A stretch of 64,000 bases of DNA from Bacillaceae bacterium (GCA_017656265.1 JACDOD010000007.1:66016-130015), one strand, 5' to 3'; positions 19,025 to 31,671 are shown, counted from the stretch's first letter. The notes: generated from the sequence alone by a model not told the origin. Numbers and translations: made by a program.

Positions 19025-19846
19025 TCACATTAATCCATTCCAGATCAATCGTACACCAATAAGGATTAAAAGCACCCTAAAAATACGCTCAATGGTGTCT
19101 CCCTGTAATTTCTGATTGGTTTTAGCTCCTGCAACTCCACCAATCCAGGCGCCCGGAAGGAAAAACAGAGCATATTCCCAGATGACATGTCCAAGAGATA
19201 GATGAGCCAGAGCACCTATGAAACTTGAAACAAGAATCATGAACATGGCCGTTGCCACCGAGATATGTATGGGAATACCAAAAATCATCACCATTGCCGG
19301 CACCATCAGTGATCCTCCGCCAATACCGAACAAGCCAGAGACAAAACCGACCAGAAATGCAATCATCATCGCCGGGAGCAGCGAGTATGAATAGATATAC
19401 CTTTCCCCTTTTACATAAAATGTACGTTGAAACCCTTTATTTTTATTCATCTGATGGCGATCGGTTATTTTTTTTCGAACGGTGAACATAAAGGATATGA
19501 CAATCATTAATAATCCAAAATAAACATAAAACGTTTCCCCGGCCATAAAACGGTTCACCCAGACACCGGACAGACTCCCTGGTATTCCCGCCAATAAAAA
19601 CAGCAGGCCAGTTTGGATATCCACCGTTTTTTGTTTCATATACGTCAGGGTCGACGACAGACCTGTTATCACCATTACAACGAGGGACATTCCTACCACT
19701 GTCTGAGGATTGACCCAGCTGAACTCCTGATAAAACTGACTTAAAAATAAAAGTGCCGGAATAAAAATCATTCCACCGCCTAGCCCCGCAATGCTGCCAA
19801 TAAATGCAGCAAAAAAACCGATGATCATAATGTACAGAAAAATCAT
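19025..19846 (-). CDS. yunE: TauE/SafE family sulfite/anion exporter YunE
   Basis: Polytopic, with duplicated GxGGG motifs. ATG 19846 (MIFLYIM...) is preferred over the RBS-less TTG at 19864. Confidence 0.85.
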   Translation of the reverse strand: MIFLYIMIIGFFAAFIGSIAGLGGGMIFIPALLFLSQFYQEFSWVNPQTVVGMSLVVMVITGLSSTLTYMKQKTVDIQTGLLFLLAGIPGSLSGVWVNRFMAGETFYVYFGLLMIVISFMFTVRKKITDRHQMNKNKGFQRTFYVKGERYIYSYSLLPAMMIAFLVGFVSGLFGIGGGSLMVPAMVMIFGIPIHISVATAMFMILVSSFIGALAHLSLGHVIWEYALFFLPGAWIGGVAGAKTNQKLQGDTIERIFRVLLILIGVRLIWNGLM

Positions 19847-20099
19847 ATAAAAACCCTTCTTCAACCAGGATTTGCATGCTGTTTGTTATTATGCAGCTGT
19901 GAGCAGTTCCATCCACCTACGCTAAGAGGAGGGGGCTTCTCGGGTAATTCCTTCTATTAAAAAGAAGATAGTATGTCTCTCTATTGTACTGAAACTTTGC
20001 CTTAAACAAAAGGACCATAAGCGATCCAAGAAGGGGCCGGGATAATAAAGGAATAAACGTTGAAGAAGACGAACACATTTCCTAAAGAAAAAATGAACG

Positions 20100-20420
20100 C
20101 CGTCAACATGTGTAGACTCCTGATCGACTAAACTCGGCCACGTCCTGTGGCCAACGTCGACACTGGCACGTCCTGTGCGTCGCGGGAACAGCACGAGACG
20201 AAAATCCCTAAAGACAGAAGAAGGAGTTGCCTGAGAAAGCCTTAGGCCGTGCCCGCGGAAAGCGAAACATGTTGAAAAGAAAAGCGGAAGCGCCCCGCTT
20301 AGCCCCGAAAACGGCTGGAGGACCGCCGAGGAGAGCTGCCTGAGCCGCAGGGGGTCCGAAGCCGCTCGAGGGGCTGGGCGCTGCAGCTAGACAACCCTTC
20401 TCTCAATTGTAATAGGCTCA
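20100..20420. repeat. GC-rich mosaic intergenic repeat, long copy C
   Basis: About 320 bp that is visibly much more GC-rich than its surroundings. It contains hairpins GGCCAC-GTCCT-GTGGCC (20136-20152) and GCAC-GTCCT-GTGC (20166-20178), and modules shared with 1536-1562 and 4328-4391. Confidence 0.8.
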
Positions 20421-20453
20421 AATGTTATACTTTTTTACTTTTCAGAGCAAAAA

Positions 20454-20497
20454 ATATCCGAACTATTTCACGTGATATTTGAATATAGTTCGGATAT
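20454..20497. terminator. terminator hairpin, ATATCCGAAC-stem repeat family, copy 3 (suf operon terminator)
   Basis: 13-bp stem ATATCCGAACTAT...ATAGTTCGGATAT with flanking A and T runs, about 60 nt downstream of sufB. Confidence 0.7.
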
Positions 20498-20558
20498 TAC
20501 ATGTTTTTATACAATTTTGTCCCAGACTCTTATTTTTTCATCTGGACTTCTCTTGTGA

Positions 20559-21956
20559 TTACCCGATGGATCCTTCCATCTCAAATTTAATGAGACGGTT
20601 CATTTCAACAGCATATTCCATTGGCAGTTCTTTTGTAAATGGTTCAATAAAGCCCATCACAATCATTTCAGTGGCTTCTTCTTCTGAAATACCGCGGCTC
20701 ATGAGGTAGAACAATTGCTCCTCCGATACTTTCGAAACTTTTGCTTCGTGCTCCAGCGAAATATTTTCATTAAAAATTTCGTTGTATGGAATGGTATCGG
20801 ATGTTGATTCGTTATCAAGGATAAGCGTATCACATTCTACATTAGAACGGGCACCATCGGCTTTTCGACTAAAGTGTACAACTCCGCGGTAAGTTACTTT
20901 ACCGCCCTGTTTCGAAATAGACTTGGAGACAATAGTTGATGACGTGTTTGGCGCCAGGTGAAGCATTTTTGCTCCTGCATCCTGATGCTGCCCTTTTCCG
21001 GCAAGGGCGATAGATAGCGTATTGCCTCTTGCTCCTTCACCTTTCAAAATAATTGCCGGATATTTCATGGTTAATTTTGAACCGATGTTTCCATCAATCC
21101 ATTCCATCGTAGCATTTTCATGAGCTTCTGCACGTTTTGTAACCAGATTGTAAACGTTGTTTGCCCAGTTTTGAATCGTAGTATAACGGCAGTAGCCGTC
21201 TTTTTTAACAAAAATCTCCACAACCGCGCTGTGCAGGGAATTTGTTGTATAAACCGGTGCTGTACATCCTTCAACGTAGTGAACAGATGCGCCCTCATCC
21301 ACAATAATCAGGGTCCGCTCAAACTGTCCCATATTCTCTGAGTTAATACGGAAGTAAGCCTGCAGCGGTGTTTCTGCTTTTACTCCTTTTGGAACGTAAA
21401 TGAACGATCCGCCGGACCATACAGCAGAGTTAAGAGCGGCAAATTTGTTATCGGATGGAGGTACCAGTTTTCCGAAATATTCTTTAAACAGATCTTCATT
21501 TTCCTTCAGGGCAGAATCCGTATCCTTAAATACGATTCCCAGTTTTTCAAGATCCTCTTTCATGTTGTGGTATACCACTTCTGATTCATACTGTGCGGAT
21601 ACACCGGCCAAATATTTTTGCTCCGCCTCAGGAATTCCGAGCTTATCAAAGGTACGCTTAATTTCCTCAGGTACTTCATCCCAGGAGCGGCTGGACCGCT
21701 CTGATGGCTTAACATAATACGTAATATCGTCAAAGTTCAGCTCTGACAGATCTCCTCCCCACTGGGGCATTGGCATTTTATAAAACTGTTCAAGGGCTTT
21801 CAGACGGAATTCCAGCATCCATTCGGGTTCTTCTTTCTGTTTAGAAATCTCACGGACGATATTTTCAGTTAACCCCCGTTCGGTACGGAAGATAGACACG
21901 TCTCGTTCATGAAAGCCATACTTATATTCACCGATTTCAGGTGCTTTCTTCGCCAT
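20559..21956 (-). CDS. sufB: Fe-S cluster assembly scaffold SufB
   Basis: 465 aa, unmistakable SufB sequence. Confidence 0.97.
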   Translation of the reverse strand: MAKKAPEIGEYKYGFHERDVSIFRTERGLTENIVREISKQKEEPEWMLEFRLKALEQFYKMPMPQWGGDLSELNFDDITYYVKPSERSSRSWDEVPEEIKRTFDKLGIPEAEQKYLAGVSAQYESEVVYHNMKEDLEKLGIVFKDTDSALKENEDLFKEYFGKLVPPSDNKFAALNSAVWSGGSFIYVPKGVKAETPLQAYFRINSENMGQFERTLIIVDEGASVHYVEGCTAPVYTTNSLHSAVVEIFVKKDGYCRYTTIQNWANNVYNLVTKRAEAHENATMEWIDGNIGSKLTMKYPAIILKGEGARGNTLSIALAGKGQHQDAGAKMLHLAPNTSSTIVSKSISKQGGKVTYRGVVHFSRKADGARSNVECDTLILDNESTSDTIPYNEIFNENISLEHEAKVSKVSEEQLFYLMSRGISEEEATEMIVMGFIEPFTKELPMEYAVEMNRLIKFEMEGSIG

Positions 21957-21993
21957 GATCTAAACGACCTCCTTTAAGGTAATGGAGTTATCA

Positions 21994-24957
<2,964 letters not shown>

Positions 24958-24975
24958 GTTACCCCTCCTAACTGA

Positions 24976-25761
24976 TTACGCTTCCTGTCCTACGGTTTCG
25001 TCTTCGATTCCAAGCTCTTGCTTAATCCAGTCATAACCTTCTGCCTCAAGGCGCTCAGCTAATTCAGGACCGCCAGATTTTACAACACGGCCTTGCATCA
25101 TAACATGAACATGGTCCGGTGTGATATAGTTCAACAGCCGCTGATAGTGGGTAATAATTAAACAGCCGAACTCATCGCTGCGCATTTTATTAATCCCTTT
25201 CGATACAACTTTCAATGCATCAATATCAAGTCCGGAATCAATTTCGTCAAGAATGGCAATAGAAGGCTTCAGCATCATTAACTGCAGGATTTCATTGCGT
25301 TTCTTTTCACCGCCGGAAAATCCTTCATTTAAATAGCGCTGTGCCATGTTTTTATCCATTTCCAACAGATCCATGGTGCCATCCATTTCTTTAATAAACT
25401 GCATCAGCGGAATTTCATTTCCTTCCTCGCGTCTGGCATTAATGGAAGAACGCAAAAAGTCGGAGTTTGTGACACCGCTGATTTCACTTGGATACTGCAT
25501 AGCCAGGAATAGACCGGCACGGGCACGTTCATCCACTTCCATTTCCAGAACATCTTTTCCGTCTAACGTAATGCTTCCTTTCGTTACTTCATATTTTGGA
25601 TGCCCCATAATAGCAGATGCCAGCGTAGATTTACCTGTTCCGTTTGGTCCCATCACAGCATGGAACTCTCCACCCTTTATGGTAAGGTTTACCCCTTTTA
25701 AGATTTCTTTTCCTTCAATTTCCACATGAAGATCTTTAATTTCTAAAGTTGATCCTGCCAT
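24976..25761 (-). CDS. sufC: Fe-S cluster assembly ATPase SufC
   Basis: Walker A GPNGTGKST and an ABC signature. Start at ATG 25761 (MAGSTLEIKDL) after GGAGG. Confidence 0.97.
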   Translation of the reverse strand: MAGSTLEIKDLHVEIEGKEILKGVNLTIKGGEFHAVMGPNGTGKSTLASAIMGHPKYEVTKGSITLDGKDVLEMEVDERARAGLFLAMQYPSEISGVTNSDFLRSSINARREEGNEIPLMQFIKEMDGTMDLLEMDKNMAQRYLNEGFSGGEKKRNEILQLMMLKPSIAILDEIDSGLDIDALKVVSKGINKMRSDEFGCLIITHYQRLLNYITPDHVHVMMQGRVVKSGGPELAERLEAEGYDWIKQELGIEDETVGQEA

Positions 25762-26093
25762 ATTGATACCTCCATTTGTATATTTCCATTTTCGTTTCAT
25801 TCTCAATCTATTCTCATTACAATCTTATAACATTTCGCATGTATATTCAACTTATAAAGGAATTAAAATCCCGCCTCCGGCCAATTTTACACTATCATTA
25901 TAGTAATAACCTCTCACAACAACAAAAAATTAATCTGTAAAGCTATTTTCGGCAAAAACCACATTGTATATTATAATCAAACATTGACAGATATTTAAGG
26001 TTAAATGATGATTTTTGAACTGACCATTTATACTTTTTTCTACCTCATTCATTACTTCCCGTTATTGATGGCTGGAGATCGTTTAATCAATAA

Positions 26094-26122
26094 GAAAAAA
26101 CGCCTGCCATAAAAGGCAGACG
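26094..26122 (-). terminator. possible terminator after the small ORF
   Basis: Minus strand CGTCTGCC-TTTTAT-GGCAGGCG followed by U6. Confidence 0.45.
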
Positions 26123-26149
26123 CACCTCACTTTGAATTCTATATCAACG

Positions 26150-26290
26150 TTAACGGTGTATTTGTCGGTCAACTTCTGCAACGATTTGCTGACTTTTCAA
26201 ATAATCCTTTTCTCTGCGTTTTTCTACCTGCAAACGTTTTTCCAATTTCCTGCTGTATTCTTCATACCCAATACCATGCGACTGATGCAT
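26150..26290 (-). CDS. hypothetical 46-aa basic helical protein
   Basis: ATG 26290 (MHQSHGIGYEEYSRKLEKRLQ...) lies 6 nt after GGAGA. An extended -10 TGgTATACT lies upstream and a terminator downstream. No family recognised. Confidence 0.3.
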   Translation of the reverse strand: MHQSHGIGYEEYSRKLEKRLQVEKRREKDYLKSQQIVAEVDRQIHR

Positions 26291-26530
26291 TGCTTTCTCC
26301 ATATCAGTAGTGTAATTGAGGTTAAGTGAGTGAATAATAAAAAACCAACCCTTTCCATTAATTTTACATTTGAAAGTATACCATGGAAAGGAATAGGACA
26401 ACAAAGCGCAGAAAAAGGGGTTACATTACCTTAAGGGGGATTCAACTGTTCTGAATGCAGTTAAATCCCTCACCTTTATAATTGGAGGTTTATGCTGATG
26501 TATTCTTTCATATCCTCCCATTTTGAATAT

Positions 26531-27406
26531 TTAGTGAACAGGAACAACCGCTCCTTTATATTTCTCCTTAATAAAATTCTGAATTTTTTCAGACTGAAGG
26601 ACTTCTACCAGGGTCTGCAGTGCAGGGTGATTTTGATTTTCAGTCCGGGCTGCAATCACATTCACGTATGGAGATTCAGATCCTTCTAGAATTAAGGCAT
26701 CCTCCATAGGGTTTAAGCCCGCTTCAATGGCGTAGTTCGTGTTAATGGCAACAAGGGCATCTTCTTCCCTTTCGTAAAACTGTGGAAGAAGACCGGCATC
26801 GATACTGGCATCAAATTCCAAATTTACCTTATAATCTACAATATCATCCAGTGTTGCTTCTACTTTGTTAATCCCTTCTTTTAACTGAATCAGTCCTTCC
26901 CGTTCCAATAGGGATAAAATTCTCCCGTGATCGGCTACTGAACGGCTCATGATCACCACTGTGCCCTCAGGAATTTCATCCACGCTTTTAATATTTTTGG
27001 AATAAATTCCCATCGGTTCAATATGAACACCGCCCAGATTGACAAAATCATAGCCAAACTCTGCCTTCTGCTGTTCCAGATATGGAATATGCTGAAAATA
27101 ATTGGCATCAAGGGTTCCATTGTCCAGATCTTTATTTGGCAAAATATAATCCTGATAAACTTCTATTTCAAGCTCAATTCCTTTTTCCTTCAAAATAGGC
27201 TTCGCTTCCTCCAAAACTTCTGCGTGAGGAACGCTTGTTGCCCCAACAACCAGTTGAACCGTTTCCGTTTCATTCGCTGCTCCAGCTGTTTCCCCGCTGC
27301 TGTCAGAATCATGCTGGTTTTCATTTGCTCCGGATTCAGCCGTCCCGCAGGCCGCCAGTAATAGAATCAATAATGAGCTAAGTAAGAAAATAATTAATTT
27401 TTTCAT
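26531..27406 (-). CDS. metQ: methionine ABC transporter substrate-binding lipoprotein
   Basis: Lipobox LLAAC and NlpA/MetQ family sequence. Confidence 0.92.
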   Translation of the reverse strand: MKKLIIFLLSSLLILLLAACGTAESGANENQHDSDSSGETAGAANETETVQLVVGATSVPHAEVLEEAKPILKEKGIELEIEVYQDYILPNKDLDNGTLDANYFQHIPYLEQQKAEFGYDFVNLGGVHIEPMGIYSKNIKSVDEIPEGTVVIMSRSVADHGRILSLLEREGLIQLKEGINKVEATLDDIVDYKVNLEFDASIDAGLLPQFYEREEDALVAINTNYAIEAGLNPMEDALILEGSESPYVNVIAARTENQNHPALQTLVEVLQSEKIQNFIKEKYKGAVVPVH

Positions 27407-27423
27407 CGTTCATAACCTCTCCT

Positions 27424-28092
27424 TTATCGTTTATCTATTGTTCGGGAAATGACATCCCCGATATATTGAAAAATAAAAACAATGAACACAATCAAAACGG
27501 TGCACACAAACACTACATCAAAATCCCAGCGCTGGAATCCTTTCATATAGGCCAGGTCCCCAAGGCCCCCTGCTCCAATCACTCCCGCCATGGCTGTATA
27601 GCTGATCAGTGCAATGGCTGTTACCGTAATTCCTGATACAAGTGCGGGCATGGATTCAGGGAGCAATACTTTAAAAATGATCGTATAAAGATTAGCTCCC
27701 ATAGCTTTTGCCGCCTCAATGACACCTTTATCCACCTCCTTTAACGCAATTTCGACCATCCTTCCATAGAAGGGAGAAGCTCCAATAATTAAAGCAGGAA
27801 GAGCGGCTTTTGGCCCTCGTATGGTCCCAACCAGAATTTCAGTAAAAGGGAACAAAAGCAGAATCAGAATAATAAAAGGAATGGCACGAAACACATTGAC
27901 AAATGAGGCTGCGAAAAAATGAACCAGGCTATTCTCTTTCAGCCCTCCCTTTCCGGTTAAAAACAGCAATATTCCAAGAATAATTCCAAAAACAAACGTT
28001 CCAGCAACTGAAATGACAGTCATGTATAAGGTTTCATAGGTCGCTGTCCATAAGTCATCAATCCTGACATTTGGAAACCACTCCTTAAGCAC
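27424..28092 (-). CDS. metP: methionine ABC transporter permease
   Basis: 222 aa, MetI-type permease. Confidence 0.93.
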   Translation of the reverse strand: MLKEWFPNVRIDDLWTATYETLYMTVISVAGTFVFGIILGILLFLTGKGGLKENSLVHFFAASFVNVFRAIPFIILILLLFPFTEILVGTIRGPKAALPALIIGASPFYGRMVEIALKEVDKGVIEAAKAMGANLYTIIFKVLLPESMPALVSGITVTAIALISYTAMAGVIGAGGLGDLAYMKGFQRWDFDVVFVCTVLIVFIVFIFQYIGDVISRTIDKR

Positions 28093-29110
28093 CCGATTTC
28101 ACCTCCACAGAGATCGAGGATGTCTTAAAATAGGTAATCGTTTTTTTTATCTCGTGGTCATCCCCATCGATGTGAACCAACAGGCTGCCATACAGACCTG
28201 ATTCTCTCCGGGTCAGGTTCCCTTCCAGGAGATTAATGTGCACATGATATTTACTGGAAACTTCCCCGATAATCAGTCCGTCCGCATCGCCTCCGAAAAA
28301 GTTCAGGCGGACAATCTTCCCGGAATTAATATGCTTGAAACCATCGAGTTCCAGATTGGTTTTTTCAGCAGGGTGGGCTAATTGCTGCACAAACCTTCTG
28401 GTTGTTTTTTGTTTTGGATGATGAAACACTTCTTCTGCCTCTCCCACTTCGATAAATGTCCCATTTTCCATTACAGCAACCCGATCACAAATTTTTTGAA
28501 TCACATGCATTTCATGGGTAATAAGTACAATGGTCAGATTTAATTTCTGGTTAATATCCACCAGAAGTTCGAGAATATCATCGGTTGTCTGTGGGTCCAG
28601 CGCTGACGTTGGCTCATCACATAAAAGCACTTCAGGATTATTCGCAAGTGCCCGGGCAATCCCGACTCTCTGCTTCTGACCGCCGCTCAGCTGTGACGGA
28701 TAACTGTTTTCTTTTCCTGATAACCCCACAAGATCAATTAATGTCTGAACCTTCTTTTTCCGCTCCCTTTTAGGAACCTTTGCAATCTCAAGGGGAAAGG
28801 AAATGTTTTCAAACACAGTCCGGGACCACAGCAGGTTAAAATGCTGAAAAATCATCCCTATTTTCTGGCGGGTATGGCGCAGTTCACGGCTGTTTAATGT
28901 CGTAATATCACGGTTTTTCAATACAATGCTTCCCTCAGAAGGTTCCTCAAGACGGTTTAACAGCCGGATGAATGTGCTCTTGCCCGCTCCGCTAAAACCG
29001 ATCACTCCGAAAATTTCACCTTTATTGATCTGTACACTTAAATCCTGAACAGCACTGACCACCTCAGAACCAACTTGATATCGTTTCGTTAAATTCTGAA
29101 TATGAATCAT
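28085..29110 (-). CDS. metN: methionine ABC transporter ATP-binding protein
   Basis: Walker A GFSGAGKST, LSGGQKQR signature and a C-terminal NIL domain. Start at ATG 29110 (MIHIQNLTKRY). The upstream part of the track ORF covers the riboswitch terminator. Confidence 0.95.
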   Translation of the reverse strand: MIHIQNLTKRYQVGSEVVSAVQDLSVQINKGEIFGVIGFSGAGKSTFIRLLNRLEEPSEGSIVLKNRDITTLNSRELRHTRQKIGMIFQHFNLLWSRTVFENISFPLEIAKVPKRERKKKVQTLIDLVGLSGKENSYPSQLSGGQKQRVGIARALANNPEVLLCDEPTSALDPQTTDDILELLVDINQKLNLTIVLITHEMHVIQKICDRVAVMENGTFIEVGEAEEVFHHPKQKTTRRFVQQLAHPAEKTNLELDGFKHINSGKIVRLNFFGGDADGLIIGEVSSKYHVHINLLEGNLTRRESGLYGSLLVHIDGDDHEIKKTITYFKTSSISVEVKSGA

Positions 29111-29273
29111 GTCAGATGTTACCTCCCTGATGAAAATAGTTTTGAAAAGAACATAGAGAATGAATGCATACACCTGAATCTCTCTGAACCCCTGGCAGGA
29201 AGACTCTCCTCCCCGCACTCCCCTAACGAAACTCGAAGGGCAAAAGATGAGGCTATGTACGGGTCTAGCCACT

Positions 29274-29314
29274 AAAAAAGGCCTTTCTGTTCAGACAAGA
29301 GAACAGAAAGGCCT
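29274..29314 (-). terminator. terminator of the proximal SAM-I riboswitch
   Basis: Minus strand AGGCCTTTCTGTTC-loop-GAACAGAAAGGCCT followed by U6. Confidence 0.85.
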
Positions 29315-29333
29315 GGTTATTCCTTTTTGTTCC

Positions 29334-29449
29334 CTTATCTCTCAAAGCCATTTTAGACTTTGCAGGATTTGGCACCGTTCAAACAGATCATTCTGTTTGA
29401 TGGTTGCCGGGCTTCTTCGGGCCAGTCCCTCCGCCTCTCTCGATAAGAG
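29334..29449 (-). promoter_or_regulatory. SAM-I riboswitch (S-box), proximal copy, controlling metNPQ
   Basis: Minus strand CTCTTATCGAGAGAGGCGGAGGGACTGGCCCGAAGAAGCCCGGCAACC...GGTGCCAAATCCTGCAAAG...GAGAGATAAG, the canonical S-box core. Confidence 0.93.
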
Positions 29450-29502
29450 AATACATCGATATTTTAATCTATTAACTTGTTAATGTTTTTAAGTACAAAA
29501 GA

Positions 29503-29531
29503 ATACTACCACACACCTGAATGATCGTCAA
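29503..29531 (-). promoter_or_regulatory. promoter of the proximal S-box leader
   Basis: Minus strand TTGACG (29531-29526), 17 nt, TAGTAT (29508-29503). Confidence 0.55.
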
Positions 29532-29597
29532 TCTTTTTTTGCAAAAAGAAAATTGGAAGCAACCGTTACTGCTGAAAGATCCCAAATTTCCTGACAT

Positions 29598-29630
29598 GAA
29601 AAAAACCCTCTTCAGATAAGAAGAGGGTTG
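29598..29630 (-). terminator. terminator of the distal SAM-I riboswitch
   Basis: Minus strand AACCCTCTTC-TTATCT-GAAGAGGGTT followed by U7. Confidence 0.85.
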
Positions 29631-29655
29631 AACATACATAATAACATTCTCCCCT

Positions 29656-29771
29656 TCTTATCTTTCAAAGCCAATTGGCTTTGGAGGATTTGGCACCGTT
29701 CAAACAGACCGCTCTGTTTGATGGTTGCCGGGCTTCTTCGGGCCAGTCCCTCCGCCTCTCTCGATAAGAAG
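29656..29771 (-). promoter_or_regulatory. SAM-I riboswitch (S-box), distal copy
   Basis: Same S-box core as the proximal copy. An 84-nt block differs at only 3 positions, all in a hairpin loop. Confidence 0.93.
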
Positions 29772-29814
29772 TTATTTTAGCGCATTAGATCATTATTTGA
29801 TTGAATTGATATAA

Positions 29815-29843
29815 ATTATAAAAAACAAAAATGCCGCTGTCAA
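29815..29843 (-). promoter_or_regulatory. consensus sigma-A promoter of the distal S-box
   Basis: Minus strand TTGACA (29843-29838), 17 nt, TATAAT (29820-29815). Confidence 0.7.
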
Positions 29844-29874
29844 TAAAAAATATGTTTCTATCAAAACGTAATTT

Positions 29875-30204
29875 TTATATACCTAGTCCAAAAATAGCTT
29901 CTGCAATCAATACGTTGCGGTAAGTCCCTGTTGTCTGGATATGACGATCTGGAATGCTGGATAAAAATGATCGTCCATTGATCAACTCTCTCAGTCCCAT
30001 TTGTGTCCCTGTTATCGTAACGGTGCCCGGGTTTAAATCATCAGGCATGTCAGGAGAAATCCATACCTCGCCGTTCTGAATGACGACAAAACACTCCTCT
30101 ATATCACTTTTGAGATGAATGACCAGTTTTTTTGAATCCAGCAATTTTTTAATATCCTGCCGCTGTTCAAGCCGATGTTTCCATTCCTGTAAATCATTTA
30201 TCAT
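29875..30204 (-). CDS. yusD: SCP2-like small protein YusD
   Basis: 109 aa, in the position of B. subtilis yusD next to metN. Confidence 0.6.
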   Translation of the reverse strand: MINDLQEWKHRLEQRQDIKKLLDSKKLVIHLKSDIEECFVVIQNGEVWISPDMPDDLNPGTVTITGTQMGLRELINGRSFLSSIPDRHIQTTGTYRNVLIAEAIFGLGI

Positions 30205-30342
30205 TTTGAGTGCCCCCGGTTACTGTTCTATATCATTTTTTTCGACTAATCATTTTCGTTTCCCTTTAAATTCATTTTTAAAATTTCCGACAAAAAAAGA
30301 TCTGGTTCTTCCGATCAGTCAAAAAACACTATACCGGTGATA

Positions 30343-30684
30343 TCATCTGTCAGATTTGCAGGCCGATGACGATAAATAGGGAACGAGTGTTTGAACCAGA
30401 TATGGCACAGAATGAAAAGCATACAGCACTTCCTTAATCTCACCTGATTGAATGACCATCAGGCAGGGAACACTCGTAATTTGATATGTTTCCATAAAAT
30501 CAGGAAACAGGGAGGCATTCATCTTATAAACCTGAAACTGATCGACTTTTTCTTCAATTGTCCGAAGCATTCTTTCAGCCAGCTGGCAGGTTCCACAAAA
30601 AGGGGTATGGATAAATAAATAAAGGGGATCCTGATGATTCCATATATCATCAAAACGATCTTCTCTCAATTCTTCCATGATCAT
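30343..30684 (-). CDS. yusE: thioredoxin-like protein YusE
   Basis: Thioredoxin fold with a CGTC active site (FCGTCQ). Overlaps the yusF stop by 1 nt. Confidence 0.75.
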   Translation of the reverse strand: MIMEELREDRFDDIWNHQDPLYLFIHTPFCGTCQLAERMLRTIEEKVDQFQVYKMNASLFPDFMETYQITSVPCLMVIQSGEIKEVLYAFHSVPYLVQTLVPYLSSSACKSDR

Positions 30685-31046
30685 TACCCTTTCAAGTACA
30701 TTGGTTTCACTTTAATATTTGCCCGAATCAATATTGAGGCTAACACATGATTCGGGGTAGCTGCAACTTCCCGGTATCCAGGGTCAATATGAATATTCTG
30801 GGCATGAGGAAGTTCCTGATTTAATTGCTTTCTTAGTTTTTTTCCGGCATCATCTTCATCTACAAGCACATAAACATCCCGGTCATCCAGGTGATAGTCA
30901 TCAATCATTTCTTCCATTCTTTCAATCCCAAGGGTACCATGAGTGCAGACTATTTCCAGATCTTCATTTACGACCTGTTTCACCTTTTGCCTGTCCGTAC
31001 GACCTTCTACAATCATAATCTTTTCCATCTCATCCATTGTCATCAC
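30684..31046 (-). CDS. yusF: Toprim-domain protein YusF (RNase M5-like)
   Basis: IVEGRTD ... LVDEDDAG Toprim motifs. The true start may be ATG 31037. Confidence 0.75.
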   Translation of the reverse strand: MMTMDEMEKIMIVEGRTDRQKVKQVVNEDLEIVCTHGTLGIERMEEMIDDYHLDDRDVYVLVDEDDAGKKLRKQLNQELPHAQNIHIDPGYREVAATPNHVLASILIRANIKVKPMYLKG

Positions 31047-31161
31047 CTAATTCTCTTCTTCAAGAAATCAGAAACAGCCCTAAAACGATTGGAATCGATC
31101 GACTCATTCAAATATTTGGTCAGGCGAAATAATCAATTTATCATATGCAGAACTTCCAGAT

Positions 31162-31197
31162 AAAAGAAAAAGGCAGCGGTCTGCGTTCCCACTGCCA
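31162..31197 (-). terminator. possible terminator after gcvH
   Basis: Minus strand GGCAGTGG...CCGCTGCC followed by U5. Confidence 0.45.
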
Positions 31198-31212
31198 GTT
31201 CTTTGTTGCCTC

Positions 31213-31599
31213 TTAATCTTCTTCACTGATCATTTCTTCATACTGTTCAGCGGTCATTAACTCTTCAACCTGTGACATATCCTCAGGCTCTACTACAATC
31301 ATCCAGGCATTCTCGTAAGGAGATTCATTCACAAGCTCAGGGCTGTCTTCTAATTCTTCATTAATTTCTACAACTTTACCGCTGACTGGTGCATAAAGTT
31401 CAGAAACGGTTTTTACCGATTCAACACTTCCGAACGGCTCGTCCGCTTCTACTTCGTCTCCAACTTCAGGAAGCTCTACAAAAACGATATCTCCTAATTC
31501 GGACTGAGCAAAATCTGTAATGCCAATTCGCACTTTGTCACCTTCAACTTTTACCCATTCGTGTTCTTCTGAATAACGATATTCTTTTGGCAAACTCAT
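31213..31599 (-). CDS. gcvH: glycine cleavage system protein H
   Basis: 128 aa with the lipoyl-lysine motif [12 protein letters not shown]. Confidence 0.95.
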   Translation of the reverse strand: MSLPKEYRYSEEHEWVKVEGDKVRIGITDFAQSELGDIVFVELPEVGDEVEADEPFGSVESVKTVSELYAPVSGKVVEINEELEDSPELVNESPYENAWMIVVEPEDMSQVEELMTAEQYEEMISEED

Positions 31600-31671
31600 G
31601 ATTGACCCTCCAATTTATAAAAAATTCTCATTCAAATCATACACCAAACGATTGGTTTTTAACAGTAAAAA

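Noticed and set aside
19865-20100. Possible T-box or S-box leader upstream of yunE (TauE/SafE exporter).
   Set aside because: No T-box sequence (AANNNGGGTGGTACCGCG-like), no S-box core and no terminator/antiterminator pair were found. It is just AT-rich spacer adjoining the mosaic repeat.
19922-20194. 90-aa ORF (MLFPRRTGRASVDVGHRTWPSLVDQ...) downstream of sufB.
   Set aside because: It lies entirely within the GC-rich mosaic repeat. It has no RBS and an Arg/Ser/Pro-rich low-complexity composition, and its frame follows the repeat hairpins. I treat it as a translation artefact.
25985-26100. 36-codon hydrophobic plus-strand frame (MMIFELTIYTFFYLIHYFPLLMAGDRLINKKKRLP) in the sufC upstream region.
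   Set aside because: It has only a weak RBS, and the nearest plus-strand -35-like TTGACA is too close to the ATG. Its stop lies in a hairpin that has a U-tract only on the opposite strand.
29455-29600. 23-codon frame (MSGNLGSFSSNGCFQFSFCKKRL) between the two S-boxes as a possible regulated micro-gene.
   Set aside because: Its ATG lies inside the U-tract of the distal terminator. It has no RBS and it runs into the proximal promoter.
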